Below the pieces are notes generated by a model, which saw only the letters and a program-made list of their open reading frames with translations, had not been told where the DNA came from and did no database searches. The position numbers were made by a program, and so were the translations under genes. From positions 62,001 to 126,000 of the IMG/VR virus record IMGVR_UViG_3300023174_000046: 64,000 nt of DNA, one strand, 5' to 3'. Numbering within the stretch: position 1 is the stretch's first letter; each line of letters opens with the position of its first letter. Positions 28,235-37,425 of the stretch are shown here, piece by piece.

Positions 28235-28266
28235 TATATTTTAAGCTTCCTATATTATATTTAAAT

Positions 28267-29115
28267 ATGAATGACATCACCAAATCAATGTTTGAAAGCA
28301 TTAAAACCGCATTAGTCCGTCAAGATAGTAACAATTCCTCTTATCGAGATATTCTTAGAATGGAAGCCGATAAGACATATGTTGTACGCTTGCTTCCTAA
28401 TATTAAGGATCCTGCTAAAACGTTTTTCCACTTTTATCAACATGCTTTCAATAGCTTTGCATCAGGTAAGTTTATGTCAGTTGTTTCACCTTCTTCTTTT
28501 GGTGAAAGAGATCCCATCTCTGAGCTCAAGTATAAACTACTACGCACAGGCTCAGAAGAAGATAAGAAGAAAGCAAGCTCTTTGGTATGGTCTGAGCGCT
28601 GGCTTGTTAATGCATATATTGTTGATGACCCTACTAATCCTGATAATAACGGGAAAGTTAAGATTGTTCAGTTCGGTAAGCAATTACATAAAATTATTAT
28701 GCGCGCTATTGATGGTGATGATGCTGATGATCTAGGTGCAAAAGTCTTTTCCTTAAAAGCAGATGGTGTTAATCTCAAGATTACCTGTGAAACACAGGGC
28801 GGGTATAAGACGTATACTTCTTCGAAGTTTTCGATGCCAAGAGCTATTGATGGTGTTACTGATAAGAACATCGATGAAATCCTCGGCGGTATCCATGATC
28901 TCGAGAAAATTAACCCTGTTAAGACATACGATGAACTTAAGAAGATTCTTGATGAGCATTTTCTCTGTGTAGAATCAACTGATAATGATACACAGGAAGC
29001 TGTAACCAAGCCAGTTGAAAGACAACCTGTGGTAGCAGCTGCAGCTACTTCAAAACCATCAACAGCTGTTGATGACGATGAAGTAAAGAGACTGCTTGAC
29101 GGTTTAGATGAATAA
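28267..29115 (+). CDS. gp32: Single-stranded DNA-binding protein (real start 28267)
   Basis: VVRLLP, H.F, DP.SE, N.YIVDDPTNPDNNGKVK...FGK, G.NLK, Y..SKF, acidic tail; promoter TTGATA-N16-TATTAT. Confidence 0.92.
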   Translation: MNDITKSMFESIKTALVRQDSNNSSYRDILRMEADKTYVVRLLPNIKDPAKTFFHFYQHAFNSFASGKFMSVVSPSSFGERDPISELKYKLLRTGSEEDKKKASSLVWSERWLVNAYIVDDPTNPDNNGKVKIVQFGKQLHKIIMRAIDGDDADDLGAKVFSLKADGVNLKITCETQGGYKTYTSSKFSMPRAIDGVTDKNIDEILGGIHDLEKINPVKTYDELKKILDEHFLCVESTDNDTQEAVTKPVERQPVVAAAATSKPSTAVDDDEVKRLLDGLDE

Positions 29116-29548
29116 AACACAACAAGAAGAATATCAAGAGAAAGTAGATTTGCTTAAGTTTTTTGGAGCTGTAAAAGGCTCTTTAAACGAAATCAATACT
29201 AAAGTTATTGATGGCAGTAATCTGCGACCTGCAAATTTTGATATTCAAAAACTTGCTTTAGAACACGACAAAGCAACAGGTGCACCTGTCGCGGCAGGTG
29301 CTAACCAGCAGATATCACATCAACAACTGCCTAATGCTGATTTTGTTCCTCTACAATACCCTGTATTAACGACTGATCAATCCCACCAACAAGAAGACCC
29401 AAATCAACTGGCACTACCTTTTGATAAAAAGTATGACCTAAATGATATTTTTTCAAAAATAGACGATGTTTATAGAAAAATAATAACTCTTGAAAATGAA
29501 GTATATAAATTAAGAGAGTTAGTTGAAAATAAAAAAAAAGAACTATAA
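29108..29548 (+). CDS. Hypothetical protein with C-terminal coiled coil
   Basis: ORF overlapping the gp32 stop. Confidence 0.65.
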   Translation: MNKTQQEEYQEKVDLLKFFGAVKGSLNEINTKVIDGSNLRPANFDIQKLALEHDKATGAPVAAGANQQISHQQLPNADFVPLQYPVLTTDQSHQQEDPNQLALPFDKKYDLNDIFSKIDDVYRKIITLENEVYKLRELVENKKKEL

Positions 29549-29557
29549 TATACCAAG

Positions 29558-30298
29558 ATGGTTCTCAAGATTCATAACCTAAAAAACTTTAATAACGGGT
29601 TTTTAAACAACATATCTAAATTAACAGATAGTTGTATTTTAAGATTCGAAAAAAATGACGCATCATGTATTGCAAGCAATAACGACAACACTGTCGTCTA
29701 TTATAGTTCTACTAATCAAGATGATTCGTTTATAAGTGACAATCTTATCACACTCAATATACCTGATGTAAAGAAGCTAATAAAAATATTTTCTTGTATT
29801 GAAGAAAACAGCATTCAACTTAATATTGAAAATAATAATATATCTTTTGCAAACAACTATTTCAAATTTAAATACCACCTTTTAGAGGATGGTATTGTTG
29901 TTGTACCGAAGATAAACATCTCGAAGATATTTGCTTTGCAATTTAATACCATATTTAAAATTAGAAAGAATGAATTGCAGAATATTCTCAAAGCTAGCAC
30001 TATTGCATTAGATGTTACTAAGCTTTATCTTTACAGTGATGATAATGGCATATTCTGTGATTTTACTGATAATAATAGACATAATGTTGATAGTATTGCG
30101 CTAAAGATTACAGATGCGTTTGAAGGTGATAAAATTAAGCAACCTGTACCAATTAATTTTGAAATCGTGAGGTTGATATCTTCTTCAAAATCTAACGAAC
30201 TAAACATAAGATACAATAATAGTCTCGGTGTATTTCTTTTTGATCTTGAAGAATCTGGATACACCTGTAAGTATATTGTATCAGCACTTGTAAATTAA
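29558..30298 (+). CDS. gp45: Sliding clamp (gp45/PCNA-like)
   Basis: 246 aa, two-domain clamp-like alternation, LNIPDVKKL, ends YIVSAL; replication context. Confidence 0.72.
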   Translation: MVLKIHNLKNFNNGFLNNISKLTDSCILRFEKNDASCIASNNDNTVVYYSSTNQDDSFISDNLITLNIPDVKKLIKIFSCIEENSIQLNIENNNISFANNYFKFKYHLLEDGIVVVPKINISKIFALQFNTIFKIRKNELQNILKASTIALDVTKLYLYSDDNGIFCDFTDNNRHNVDSIALKITDAFEGDKIKQPVPINFEIVRLISSSKSNELNIRYNNSLGVFLFDLEESGYTCKYIVSALVN

Positions 30299-30302
30299 AA
30301 TT

Positions 30303-30671
30303 ATGAAATTAGCTAAAAATAAAATTCGTACAGCTGGTTATTTTATTAAGAGATTAAGAGATAACGGCTTTATTGTTCTGAAGATGTTCTTTAGATATGG
30401 CAAACATGATCCACGCCGCTGGACATTGTTAGTTGACCCTAGCGGTGCATCTGTCTTTATTACTTGCTATGAGAATAAGGATTTTATGGATGAAATTATG
30501 TTTGAATTTAATGATGGTGGTGTTAAATTTCCTAAGAATTATAGCATCAAAACAGATTCCCTGGAGGTTATCATACAACATCTTATTACAAATGGTGTTT
30601 GCAATAACTATCCCAACAGTTTATACCTAAAGAAACCAATAAATATTATTAATGAAAAAGAGGAAGGATAA
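30303..30671 (+). CDS. Conserved hypothetical protein
   Basis: YFIKRLRDNGF...DPRRWT.LVDP. Confidence 0.65.
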   Translation: MKLAKNKIRTAGYFIKRLRDNGFIVLKMFFRYGKHDPRRWTLLVDPSGASVFITCYENKDFMDEIMFEFNDGGVKFPKNYSIKTDSLEVIIQHLITNGVCNNYPNSLYLKKPINIINEKEEG

Positions 30672-31008
30672 TTCTAATCCGGGTGATGATGGTGAGAATA
30701 TGAAGAAGAAGAAAGAAGACAATCTCAAGCAATCACAGGAATTAGATAAAATTCTTAAGACTGCTCTTAATAACTATTTGATGTCGCAAGCATCAGAGGT
30801 TAAGAGCAAGACTCGCGATATTGATGCACTGAGAGCAACCATAGAAGAGTTTTTAAACAGCTATATTCTCCTGGGGTACTCACCGGTAGGTGAACCGGTG
30901 CATGTTATTTCAGCTCACAATCAACAAGAAGCAGATTCACTTTCTGCTTTACTAAATAAATTTCTTTTGAATCAAAGCGATAGGCCCGAAAAAGATTTTC
31001 CCTTTTAA
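30652..31008 (+). CDS. Hypothetical late protein
   Basis: TAAATA-N6-ATG embedded in the upstream gene. Confidence 0.6.
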   Translation: MKKRKDNSNPGDDGENMKKKKEDNLKQSQELDKILKTALNNYLMSQASEVKSKTRDIDALRATIEEFLNSYILLGYSPVGEPVHVISAHNQQEADSLSALLNKFLLNQSDRPEKDFPF

Positions 31009-31019
31009 ATTCTAAAACA

Positions 31020-31877
31020 ATGATTGTTATTCTTGGTGGCGGATTTGTCGGTAAGCATCTATATAATTTTTTACAAGATAAATATTTTAACGTAAAGCTC
31101 GTAACTAAATCTGAAGTAGATTATTCTGATGAAAAGGTTTTAACTGATTTCTTTTTTAGTTGCAAGCCACGTTTTGTTATTAATTGTTCTGGTTATACCG
31201 GTTACCCTAACGTTGATGGTTGTGAAGCAAATAAAGAAGATTGTTTATTCTACAATGTACAAGCACCACTCAACGTATGCAATGTATGTTCAAAGCTTAA
31301 TATTAAAGTTATACACATTTCTTCAGGCTGTATATACAGCGGCTATGAAAAATACTTTACAGAAGAAGATGTACCTAACTTCGGTATTTTTAATAGTGAG
31401 TCGAGCTTTTATTCAAAAACAAAGCATTTGTTCGAAGTTGCATGTGCCCCATTTAAAGACAATACTGCTATATTACGTGTACGGATGCCTTTTACAAATA
31501 CAATAGATCGCAAGAATTATCTCTATAAATTATACAAATATAACAATCTTATTAGCCTTAAAAACAGTGTGACATATCTTGAGGATTTAAATCGGTTTAT
31601 TTTTACACTGTGTCAAGGTAATAATTTTAAAGGCGGTATATACAATGTAGTCAGCTCAGAGCCCATACTTGCAACTGATGTTGTCTCTATTTTTAAAAGC
31701 AATGGAATCGAGAATACTGAATGGCGCTATGTGGATTTAAACGAACTTGATATCAAAGCTAATCGATCAAACTGTCTTCTTTCTAATGACAAGATAACCA
31801 ACCTTGGGTTTACCTTTCCAAATGCGCATGATGTTATTGATAAGTGCGTTAAAGATATCAAGCAGCTAATTGTATGA
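31020..31877 (+). CDS. NDP-4-keto-6-deoxyglucose 3,5-epimerase/4-reductase (RmlD-like, NRS/ER type; NDP-rhamnose synthesis)
   Basis: ILGGGFVG Rossmann fold, GYTGYPNVDGCE, SSGCIY, EED.PNF, FYSKTK, LRVRMP. Confidence 0.85.
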   Translation: MIVILGGGFVGKHLYNFLQDKYFNVKLVTKSEVDYSDEKVLTDFFFSCKPRFVINCSGYTGYPNVDGCEANKEDCLFYNVQAPLNVCNVCSKLNIKVIHISSGCIYSGYEKYFTEEDVPNFGIFNSESSFYSKTKHLFEVACAPFKDNTAILRVRMPFTNTIDRKNYLYKLYKYNNLISLKNSVTYLEDLNRFIFTLCQGNNFKGGIYNVVSSEPILATDVVSIFKSNGIENTEWRYVDLNELDIKANRSNCLLSNDKITNLGFTFPNAHDVIDKCVKDIKQLIV

Positions 31878-32158
31878 ATATTGTAAAGCACGTTAAGAAA
31901 CTATTTAAACGTTATAATCCCGGTTCCATACTTGCATATAAAAAGGGTCTTTACACAGGTAAGATGATTGCATTAATTTGTATCAATAAGAGTGACAAGA
32001 CCTTTTTTTTATTACCAGATATGCTGCCGTATAATATTACAAATAGTGATTTTAACTATTTACTTGCTACAGATGAACTTGAATATATAGAAGAACTGCC
32101 AGTTGATGTTTTTGACGTAATAAAAGCTCAGTATTTAAAAAACATCCACGCGGTGTAA
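31874..32158 (+). CDS. Hypothetical protein
   Basis: ATGA overlap with the upstream gene. Confidence 0.6.
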   Translation: MNIVKHVKKLFKRYNPGSILAYKKGLYTGKMIALICINKSDKTFFLLPDMLPYNITNSDFNYLLATDELEYIEELPVDVFDVIKAQYLKNIHAV

Positions 32159-32166
32159 ATAATAGC

Positions 32167-32373
32167 ATGAATAATCATAATAATAATCCTGGTAATTTTG
32201 TCAGACCAGCAAAGATAGTCTCGCCTATAAGTGGCCAATCTTCTACACCTAAAATTGTAGAGCGTGTTGTCGGTGATAAGCTTCACGTAGAAGCACATTG
32301 GTATGATCCTGCTAGCGGCGCCTTCATTCGCAAGGGCACTATCGAAATAAGAGATTTGCCCTCAAACAAATAA
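32167..32373 (+). CDS. Small hypothetical late protein
   Basis: TAAATA-N5-ATG; SPISG...WYDPASG.FIRKG. Confidence 0.65.
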   Translation: MNNHNNNPGNFVRPAKIVSPISGQSSTPKIVERVVGDKLHVEAHWYDPASGAFIRKGTIEIRDLPSNK

Positions 32374-32409
32374 TATTGTTTTTTTAAAAACTTCATACAT
32401 AATAAGTGT

Positions 32410-33453
32410 GTGATATTATTGCCCGAAGAGTTTGTTGTAACTAAATTTTTACAATATGCAGGTTATGCCAAGTATAAGCGATTAGCAAATGTATATGAGG
32501 GTGGCTGTCCTATATGCAGGGAAGGCAAGAGTTGGGGCAGTAAGCGCAGATTATTCTATCTGCCAAAAAAGAAAGTAATTTGTTGTCATAATTGTGGTTG
32601 GTATAGTGCGCCTTTAACGTGGATAAAAAAAGTAAGCGGGTTGGATGATATTGAGATTATAAAAGAAGTTAAAGGATTTAGCCATATTATTGTACAGGAT
32701 TTAACTAAAGAGAGTGAAGAACCAAAGAAAGAAGTTATTAAGAGCACTCTACCAGATAATTGCATCAATTTAAATGACCCGTCACAAATAAACTTTTATA
32801 AAAATGAAAAGGTTGTCAAGCTTGCATTGGATTATCTCAAAGAAAGAAGACTTGATACGTGTATAAATCCACCACCAGCATTTTACGTTTCTTTAACTGA
32901 TAAGGTGCATAAGAACCGATTGGTTATCCCTTTCTTCTACAACAAAGAAATTGTTTTTTATCAAACCCGTACCCTGCTACAATCAGACAATAAAACTAAA
33001 CCTAAATATCTTTCAAAAATTTCCGGTGAAAAGTCTCTCTTTAATATTGACAACATAAAAGATGATTTGGATTATATTTTTATTTTTGAAGGACCCATCG
33101 ATTCTTGTTTTCTTAAGAATGGTGTCGGTGTTACAGGTATTCAAGAGCGAAGCAAACAAACGTTCAATGAGCTGCAAAAGAAACAGCTTGACCAATACAA
33201 GTTTCATAAGCAAATTTTTATATTAGATTCGCAATGGCAAGATGAAGCTAGTTTAAGAAAAACAAAAATTCTGTTACAACAAAATGAAAAAGTATTCTTA
33301 TGGCCAGAAAAACTGGGCAAAAAATTTAAAGATTTTAACGATATCTGTGTTAACACGAAACGAGATTTTATTAAACCTGAGATTATTCTAAATCACACTT
33401 TTGAGGGTGTTAAGGGTTTGGTACAATTAAGTAAAATTAAGCGTTATCGTTAG
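32410..33453 (+). CDS. gp61: DNA primase
   Basis: CPICREG...CHNCG Zn ribbon, RLVIPF, PKYL, TOPRIM EGPIDS, KDFND; promoter TTGTTT-N16-CATAAT-N6-GTG. Confidence 0.93.
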   Translation: MILLPEEFVVTKFLQYAGYAKYKRLANVYEGGCPICREGKSWGSKRRLFYLPKKKVICCHNCGWYSAPLTWIKKVSGLDDIEIIKEVKGFSHIIVQDLTKESEEPKKEVIKSTLPDNCINLNDPSQINFYKNEKVVKLALDYLKERRLDTCINPPPAFYVSLTDKVHKNRLVIPFFYNKEIVFYQTRTLLQSDNKTKPKYLSKISGEKSLFNIDNIKDDLDYIFIFEGPIDSCFLKNGVGVTGIQERSKQTFNELQKKQLDQYKFHKQIFILDSQWQDEASLRKTKILLQQNEKVFLWPEKLGKKFKDFNDICVNTKRDFIKPEIILNHTFEGVKGLVQLSKIKRYR

Positions 33454-33847
33454 AACCAGCAATCAAGTAGCCCTTGAATGATTCTGCAAGCGAGCTCAAA
33501 TCAACGGCAACACGTGCAATTTTCTTTGTTTCACTACGTGCGATTTTTTCAAATAAAGAATCACAACCAGAGCTATGTAATTTTGTTTGAATAGAGTCAG
33601 CATTAACACCGTTGAGGTAATTGATAAATTCATCAATTCTGCCAATCCATGATTCTAATTCTACTAATTGTTGTGTTTGTGATTGTTTTTTAGCTTGCGA
33701 TACTTGATCACTGCCAGGTGTTGCACCTAATTCCTTAACATCTGTTGTCTGAAGCTGTTGATTTGCAGCTTCTTGATCAGTTGTTGGCTGCACTTCGTCT
33801 GCTTCAAATAAAGAAATAAATCTATCAGAAAAACTTTTCATAGTCAT
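33437..33847 (-). CDS. Hypothetical late protein with capsid-targeting-like N-terminus
   Basis: MKSFSDRFISLFE; TATAAATA on the minus strand at 33860-33867. Confidence 0.65.
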   Translation of the reverse strand: MTMKSFSDRFISLFEADEVQPTTDQEAANQQLQTTDVKELGATPGSDQVSQAKKQSQTQQLVELESWIGRIDEFINYLNGVNADSIQTKLHSSGCDSLFEKIARSETKKIARVAVDLSSLAESFKGYLIAGSNDNA

Positions 33848-33855
33848 AATTATAT

Positions 33856-33865
33856 TAAATATTTA
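33856..33865. promoter_or_regulatory. Palindromic bidirectional late promoter TAAATATTTA
   Basis: Perfect 10-bp palindrome in the 19-bp gap between divergent genes. Confidence 0.7.
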
Positions 33866-33866
33866 T

Positions 33867-34235
33867 ATGATCTCGTTCAAAAAAATGTGTGAAGATGCAC
33901 AAATGTATTCTGCTGATAGGTACGTTGCAGGTATAGCCTCCAGGGATCTCAAGTCAAATCCTGTTAGTTTAGCGGATCTATATGGTAGACAAGAGCAATA
34001 CCCCAACAAGCAGAATGTTGCGCGTGTTACCCCTTCTGAATTAACAAACATCATAGATCAACTCGGTCAATTGTATTTGGTATGCGAGAACTTGTTTGCA
34101 AAATATAATCTTGCGTTGAACAACCCAACAATAAAGAATAAAGCGCTTTTAAAATTAGCTTTGCTTATTGTTCGGAAGATGTATGATGCGACTAAAAAAT
34201 TAGCATTTATAACAAGAAAAGTAGTTGATAGTTAA
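33867..34235 (+). CDS. Hypothetical late protein
   Basis: MISFKKMCE; TAAATA-N5-ATG. Confidence 0.65.
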   Translation: MISFKKMCEDAQMYSADRYVAGIASRDLKSNPVSLADLYGRQEQYPNKQNVARVTPSELTNIIDQLGQLYLVCENLFAKYNLALNNPTIKNKALLKLALLIVRKMYDATKKLAFITRKVVDS

Positions 34236-34252
34236 GACATTTCCGTTATAAT
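34225..34252 (+). promoter_or_regulatory. Sigma70-like promoter (leaderless)
   Basis: TTGATA-N16-TATAAT-N6-GTG. Confidence 0.8.
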
Positions 34253-34258
34253 AAGTTT

Positions 34259-34633
34259 GTGAATAATATATTAAAAAGCGTTATAACGACTTTTGTAGTT
34301 AGCATTGCAGTCACAATATTGCTTCTCCCTGTACAACCTCATTATTTTATTGTCTTTGTATTGGCTACTATAATACAGTTTGTTATCTTCTATATTATAG
34401 GCAGCATTATGGAGTATATTGGTGAGATAAAATTGAAGGAAATTAATGCTTTTAAATTATCAGAACTTTCCAAACAAAGCATGCAGTTAGAATGCCCTTG
34501 CTTTAAGAAAGTAAAAGAAATTGTTCCGATAAATTTAAATGCAAAAAACACCTACAAGTGCAGTGAATGTGACAAAACAAATACTGTTTTAATTACAACT
34601 GAAACTGCACATACCACAGACCCTATTGTATAA
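34259..34633 (+). CDS. Membrane protein with two predicted TM helices and a C-terminal Zn ribbon
   Basis: Hydrophobic aa ~8-24 and 29-50; CPC...CSEC. Confidence 0.65.
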   Translation: MNNILKSVITTFVVSIAVTILLLPVQPHYFIVFVLATIIQFVIFYIIGSIMEYIGEIKLKEINAFKLSELSKQSMQLECPCFKKVKEIVPINLNAKNTYKCSECDKTNTVLITTETAHTTDPIV

Positions 34634-35001
34634 TGGAATTCAAGGAAGTACCATCCACATCAATCAATGTCCCGTTGCCTGTGATAAAAGATTTCGGTGA
34701 ATTGAGACCCTTTGTAGAGAACTTTTTTAATAAAAAAGATATTAATAACGGTGTCATCTTGAGTTACCCGTCGACTACTGTAGGTGAGTTTATTGATATT
34801 CTTTTTCTTCTCTTAAAAGAAGTAACAATTAAAGATGCTACAACAGACAATGAACTGTTCAAGGCACAATCTATTCTTAAAGCTATCTACAAAGATAATA
34901 ATAATTTAGAAAAACTATTGACTATGTTATTAGGTTCCATTATAAAAATATGTAATGAATACAAAAAGAACAATACAAGTACAGACAAAAGTAAAAACTG
35001 A
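34633..35001 (+). CDS. Hypothetical protein
   Basis: TAATG-coupled ORF. Confidence 0.55.
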   Translation: MEFKEVPSTSINVPLPVIKDFGELRPFVENFFNKKDINNGVILSYPSTTVGEFIDILFLLLKEVTIKDATTDNELFKAQSILKAIYKDNNNLEKLLTMLLGSIIKICNEYKKNNTSTDKSKN

Positions 35002-35296
35002 AGAACTATCAATTGAGTGCACTGCACGGTGGCTTGCACTCATGGAAGCTATTTATATTGTGGGCAAAAAAGCTGATGACATGGGCGTTAATATTGATAA
35101 AAATGTTTCATGGATCAAGCCTATTAGTTTCCAGAAATATATGGATGAAAGATTGCCTTCTATGATTCATGAAATTGAAATGGATCTGGGTATCTTCAAG
35201 GGTGGTCTGGAGCGTGGCGGTAAGCTTGAAGCAAAAATTGTAGAAAAAGAAACAGAAGAAATTGAAGAAGTAGAGAGCGAAGAAGCTTATTCGTAA
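34955..35296 (+). CDS. Hypothetical protein with acidic tail
   Basis: RWLALMEA..WIKP..FQKYMDER. Confidence 0.6.
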   Translation: MNTKRTIQVQTKVKTEELSIECTARWLALMEAIYIVGKKADDMGVNIDKNVSWIKPISFQKYMDERLPSMIHEIEMDLGIFKGGLERGGKLEAKIVEKETEEIEEVESEEAYS

Positions 35297-36048
35297 TCGC
35301 CGTATACACCGGTATTATTTGTGCCATCAAAAACAGTTGTCTTGGATAACACATTAACATCAAACGGGTAGTTCTTATCAGCACCGGTGACACTGTTATC
35401 TTTGGCATCATCAAATACTTGTGTGTTACCTTTTTCAGCTGTAAGGCCTGGCTCAAAGCTTGTTTCATATCTCTTAGCTTTTAATAACCAAACATAGTGA
35501 CCCAATAGTGGGTTAATCTTGTTAATGTCTTGATCTAAGCGTTCGGTAATTTCAAACATTTTCCCATCTCGTTCACCTGGTCTGTCTGAACCGTATTCAG
35601 TTAGTTTGAATACATCACCAGATTTTGGTTCAATACTGTAACCGTAAAATAAAGCAGATAATGAAGGTGTGTGATAAGCTTCATAAAAGGAGCTTATGTG
35701 GATATACATTGTTATATCATCCTCTGACTGAAAACCATACTTGCTAAGAAGAAGCGAATTTTCATTCAAATCAATATAAGCAATAAAGCTGATAGGTATG
35801 CCATATACGGATAAAGGCTGTTCTCCGTAAAAATTATCACCTGAAAGATTTGGATTATATGTATTAATGAAATATGTTACTTTGGTTCCATAAAGGTTAA
35901 TCTGTTCTCTAAACACATTTGATACCATATCACGCTCACATTGATTATTCTCTTTGTCCATGAACCGAAAACATGCATTCTCAGTTGTGTTTGAGGGAAG
36001 AGGGTAATACCTTACATCTGGATTGCCTGTATATCTGTCGACACTCAT
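35287..36048 (-). CDS. gp14: Neck/head-completion protein gp14-like
   Basis: E.INLYG..V.Y, FYGE, LSKYGFQSEDDIT..I, P.SGD, FEIT, YVW.L. Confidence 0.78.
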   Translation of the reverse strand: MSVDRYTGNPDVRYYPLPSNTTENACFRFMDKENNQCERDMVSNVFREQINLYGTKVTYFINTYNPNLSGDNFYGEQPLSVYGIPISFIAYIDLNENSLLLSKYGFQSEDDITMYIHISSFYEAYHTPSLSALFYGYSIEPKSGDVFKLTEYGSDRPGERDGKMFEITERLDQDINKINPLLGHYVWLLKAKRYETSFEPGLTAEKGNTQVFDDAKDNSVTGADKNYPFDVNVLSKTTVFDGTNNTGVYGDYE

Positions 36049-36049
36049 A

Positions 36050-36406
36050 TTACCTTTTCATTATATATCGATTTGTTTGTTTATCGAGATATACGCTAAT
36101 TCCTGTGTTTCCGAGTTTTTTAACTTCTCCAGGCAAAATTATACCAATATTATATCTTTGTTTAATTTTGTTTAATTCAGAAGGCGACAATACCTTTGTT
36201 CCGGTCTTGCCTTTACGTAAGTTATCTAATTTAGAAAAAGATCCCATATCAGGTTGATGCATGTCTGGTACAAACCCTCTATGCTTCCTATTAATACCTG
36301 AACGTCCAATTGGATGTTGATGACGCTTCTTTGTGCCTATCTTCATGCCCACAATTTTATCTACGCTTCTTTTATTTGATTTAGCGAAGTAATCCTTGAA
36401 CGTCAT
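36050..36406 (-). CDS. Basic hypothetical late protein
   Basis: MTFKDYF; TAAATA-N5-ATG. Confidence 0.6.
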   Translation of the reverse strand: MTFKDYFAKSNKRSVDKIVGMKIGTKKRHQHPIGRSGINRKHRGFVPDMHQPDMGSFSKLDNLRKGKTGTKVLSPSELNKIKQRYNIGIILPGEVKKLGNTGISVYLDKQTNRYIMKR

Positions 36407-36420
36407 ATAGTTATTTAATC

Positions 36421-36447
36421 AAAAAAAAGCCCCTCTTACGAGGGGCT
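36421..36447 (-). terminator. Rho-independent terminator
   Basis: Minus strand AGCCCCTC-GTAA-GAGGGGCT hairpin (GNRA loop) followed by a T run, downstream of 36475..37410. Confidence 0.9.
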
Positions 36448-36474
36448 CAAAAATTTATTTTTTAATCTATTTTT

Positions 36475-37410
36475 TTAGAGATTGAATGCTGATTTACCAG
36501 CAACGATCTTTGAGTTAACAACGTTTGCTTTGCCTTTTACTGAGGTAGGAGCACCACCGCTAACACCGCCACCTACTAGTGCATGGCCTTTTTCACCATC
36601 GTTACCAACTTTATCGGTGTACTTACCGTCACCACCCTTACCAGCTTTCTTACCAGCTGTTGATACTTCACTTGGAACGACATTGGAACCGGATGAAACC
36701 TTGTTCAAGCCTTTGGCAAGCTTCTCTGAATCAACCACTGCGTGGCCAATATCTTCTGCATCAACTGCTTCACCAGCAACTTCCTTATCGTCTTCTTTCT
36801 TATCTTCTTGTTGCTCTTGACCGACTTCTAAATTATCTTCTGAAGCACCTTCTTCACCGGCACCTTCTTCATCGCCACCCTCTTCAGAAGGGCACTTTTC
36901 ATGAGCGAGTTGAAGAAGCTCTAATGCCTTAGCGATAAGATCTTTTGAGCTCATCTCGGCTTCGGATTTTTCACCTTCACCGCCGGTATTAATATCGAGC
37001 TCTTGTGCGTCGAGAGTCTCGAGATCTTGTGGTTGGCCTTGGCCACCCATTACATCTTCGTAAAGTTTGTCAAAAATAGATTTATTGTTCATAAAATTAT
37101 TTATATTCTCTTTTACCTTTTTTTGCACATTATTTGAAAATTTTTCTGGCTCAAAGTGATTTTCTTTACCTTTATTGATCTTGGGATCAACAACATTCTT
37201 GTTAATTCCATTGGCGCTCTCTGGGCCTGAGTCTTTTTGGAAGAAAGGTTGCTCTGGCTGACCATCATCTTTGAGTGGTTCTTTAATGCTTACAGTAGGA
37301 ATTGCTTGCAGTGGCTTGCCTGGCTTGGTGCCAAATTTTGCTTTGGGGTCAGACATTTTTGCAGACTCATAGAGAGCTGATAAATCTAATAGATCGCGAA
37401 CTTTATTCAT
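36475..37410 (-). CDS. Low-complexity acidic/Gly-Lys-rich late protein (putative prohead core or internal head protein)
   Basis: LSALYE N-terminal motif, second internal MNNKSIFDKLYE motif, own late promoter and terminator. Confidence 0.6.
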   Translation of the reverse strand: MNKVRDLLDLSALYESAKMSDPKAKFGTKPGKPLQAIPTVSIKEPLKDDGQPEQPFFQKDSGPESANGINKNVVDPKINKGKENHFEPEKFSNNVQKKVKENINNFMNNKSIFDKLYEDVMGGQGQPQDLETLDAQELDINTGGEGEKSEAEMSSKDLIAKALELLQLAHEKCPSEEGGDEEGAGEEGASEDNLEVGQEQQEDKKEDDKEVAGEAVDAEDIGHAVVDSEKLAKGLNKVSSGSNVVPSEVSTAGKKAGKGGDGKYTDKVGNDGEKGHALVGGGVSGGAPTSVKGKANVVNSKIVAGKSAFNL

Positions 37411-37411
37411 A

Positions 37412-37421
37412 TAAGTATTTA
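37412..37421. promoter_or_regulatory. Overlapping bidirectional late promoter TAAGTATTTA
   Basis: 15-bp gap between divergent ATGs: TAAATA-N5-ATG on minus, TAAGTA-N8-ATG on plus. Confidence 0.65.
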
Positions 37422-37425
37422 TGGC

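Noticed and set aside
28267-29115. gp32 lacking Zn-binding cysteines
   Set aside because: Zn-free gp32 variants are common among non-coliphage T4-like viruses
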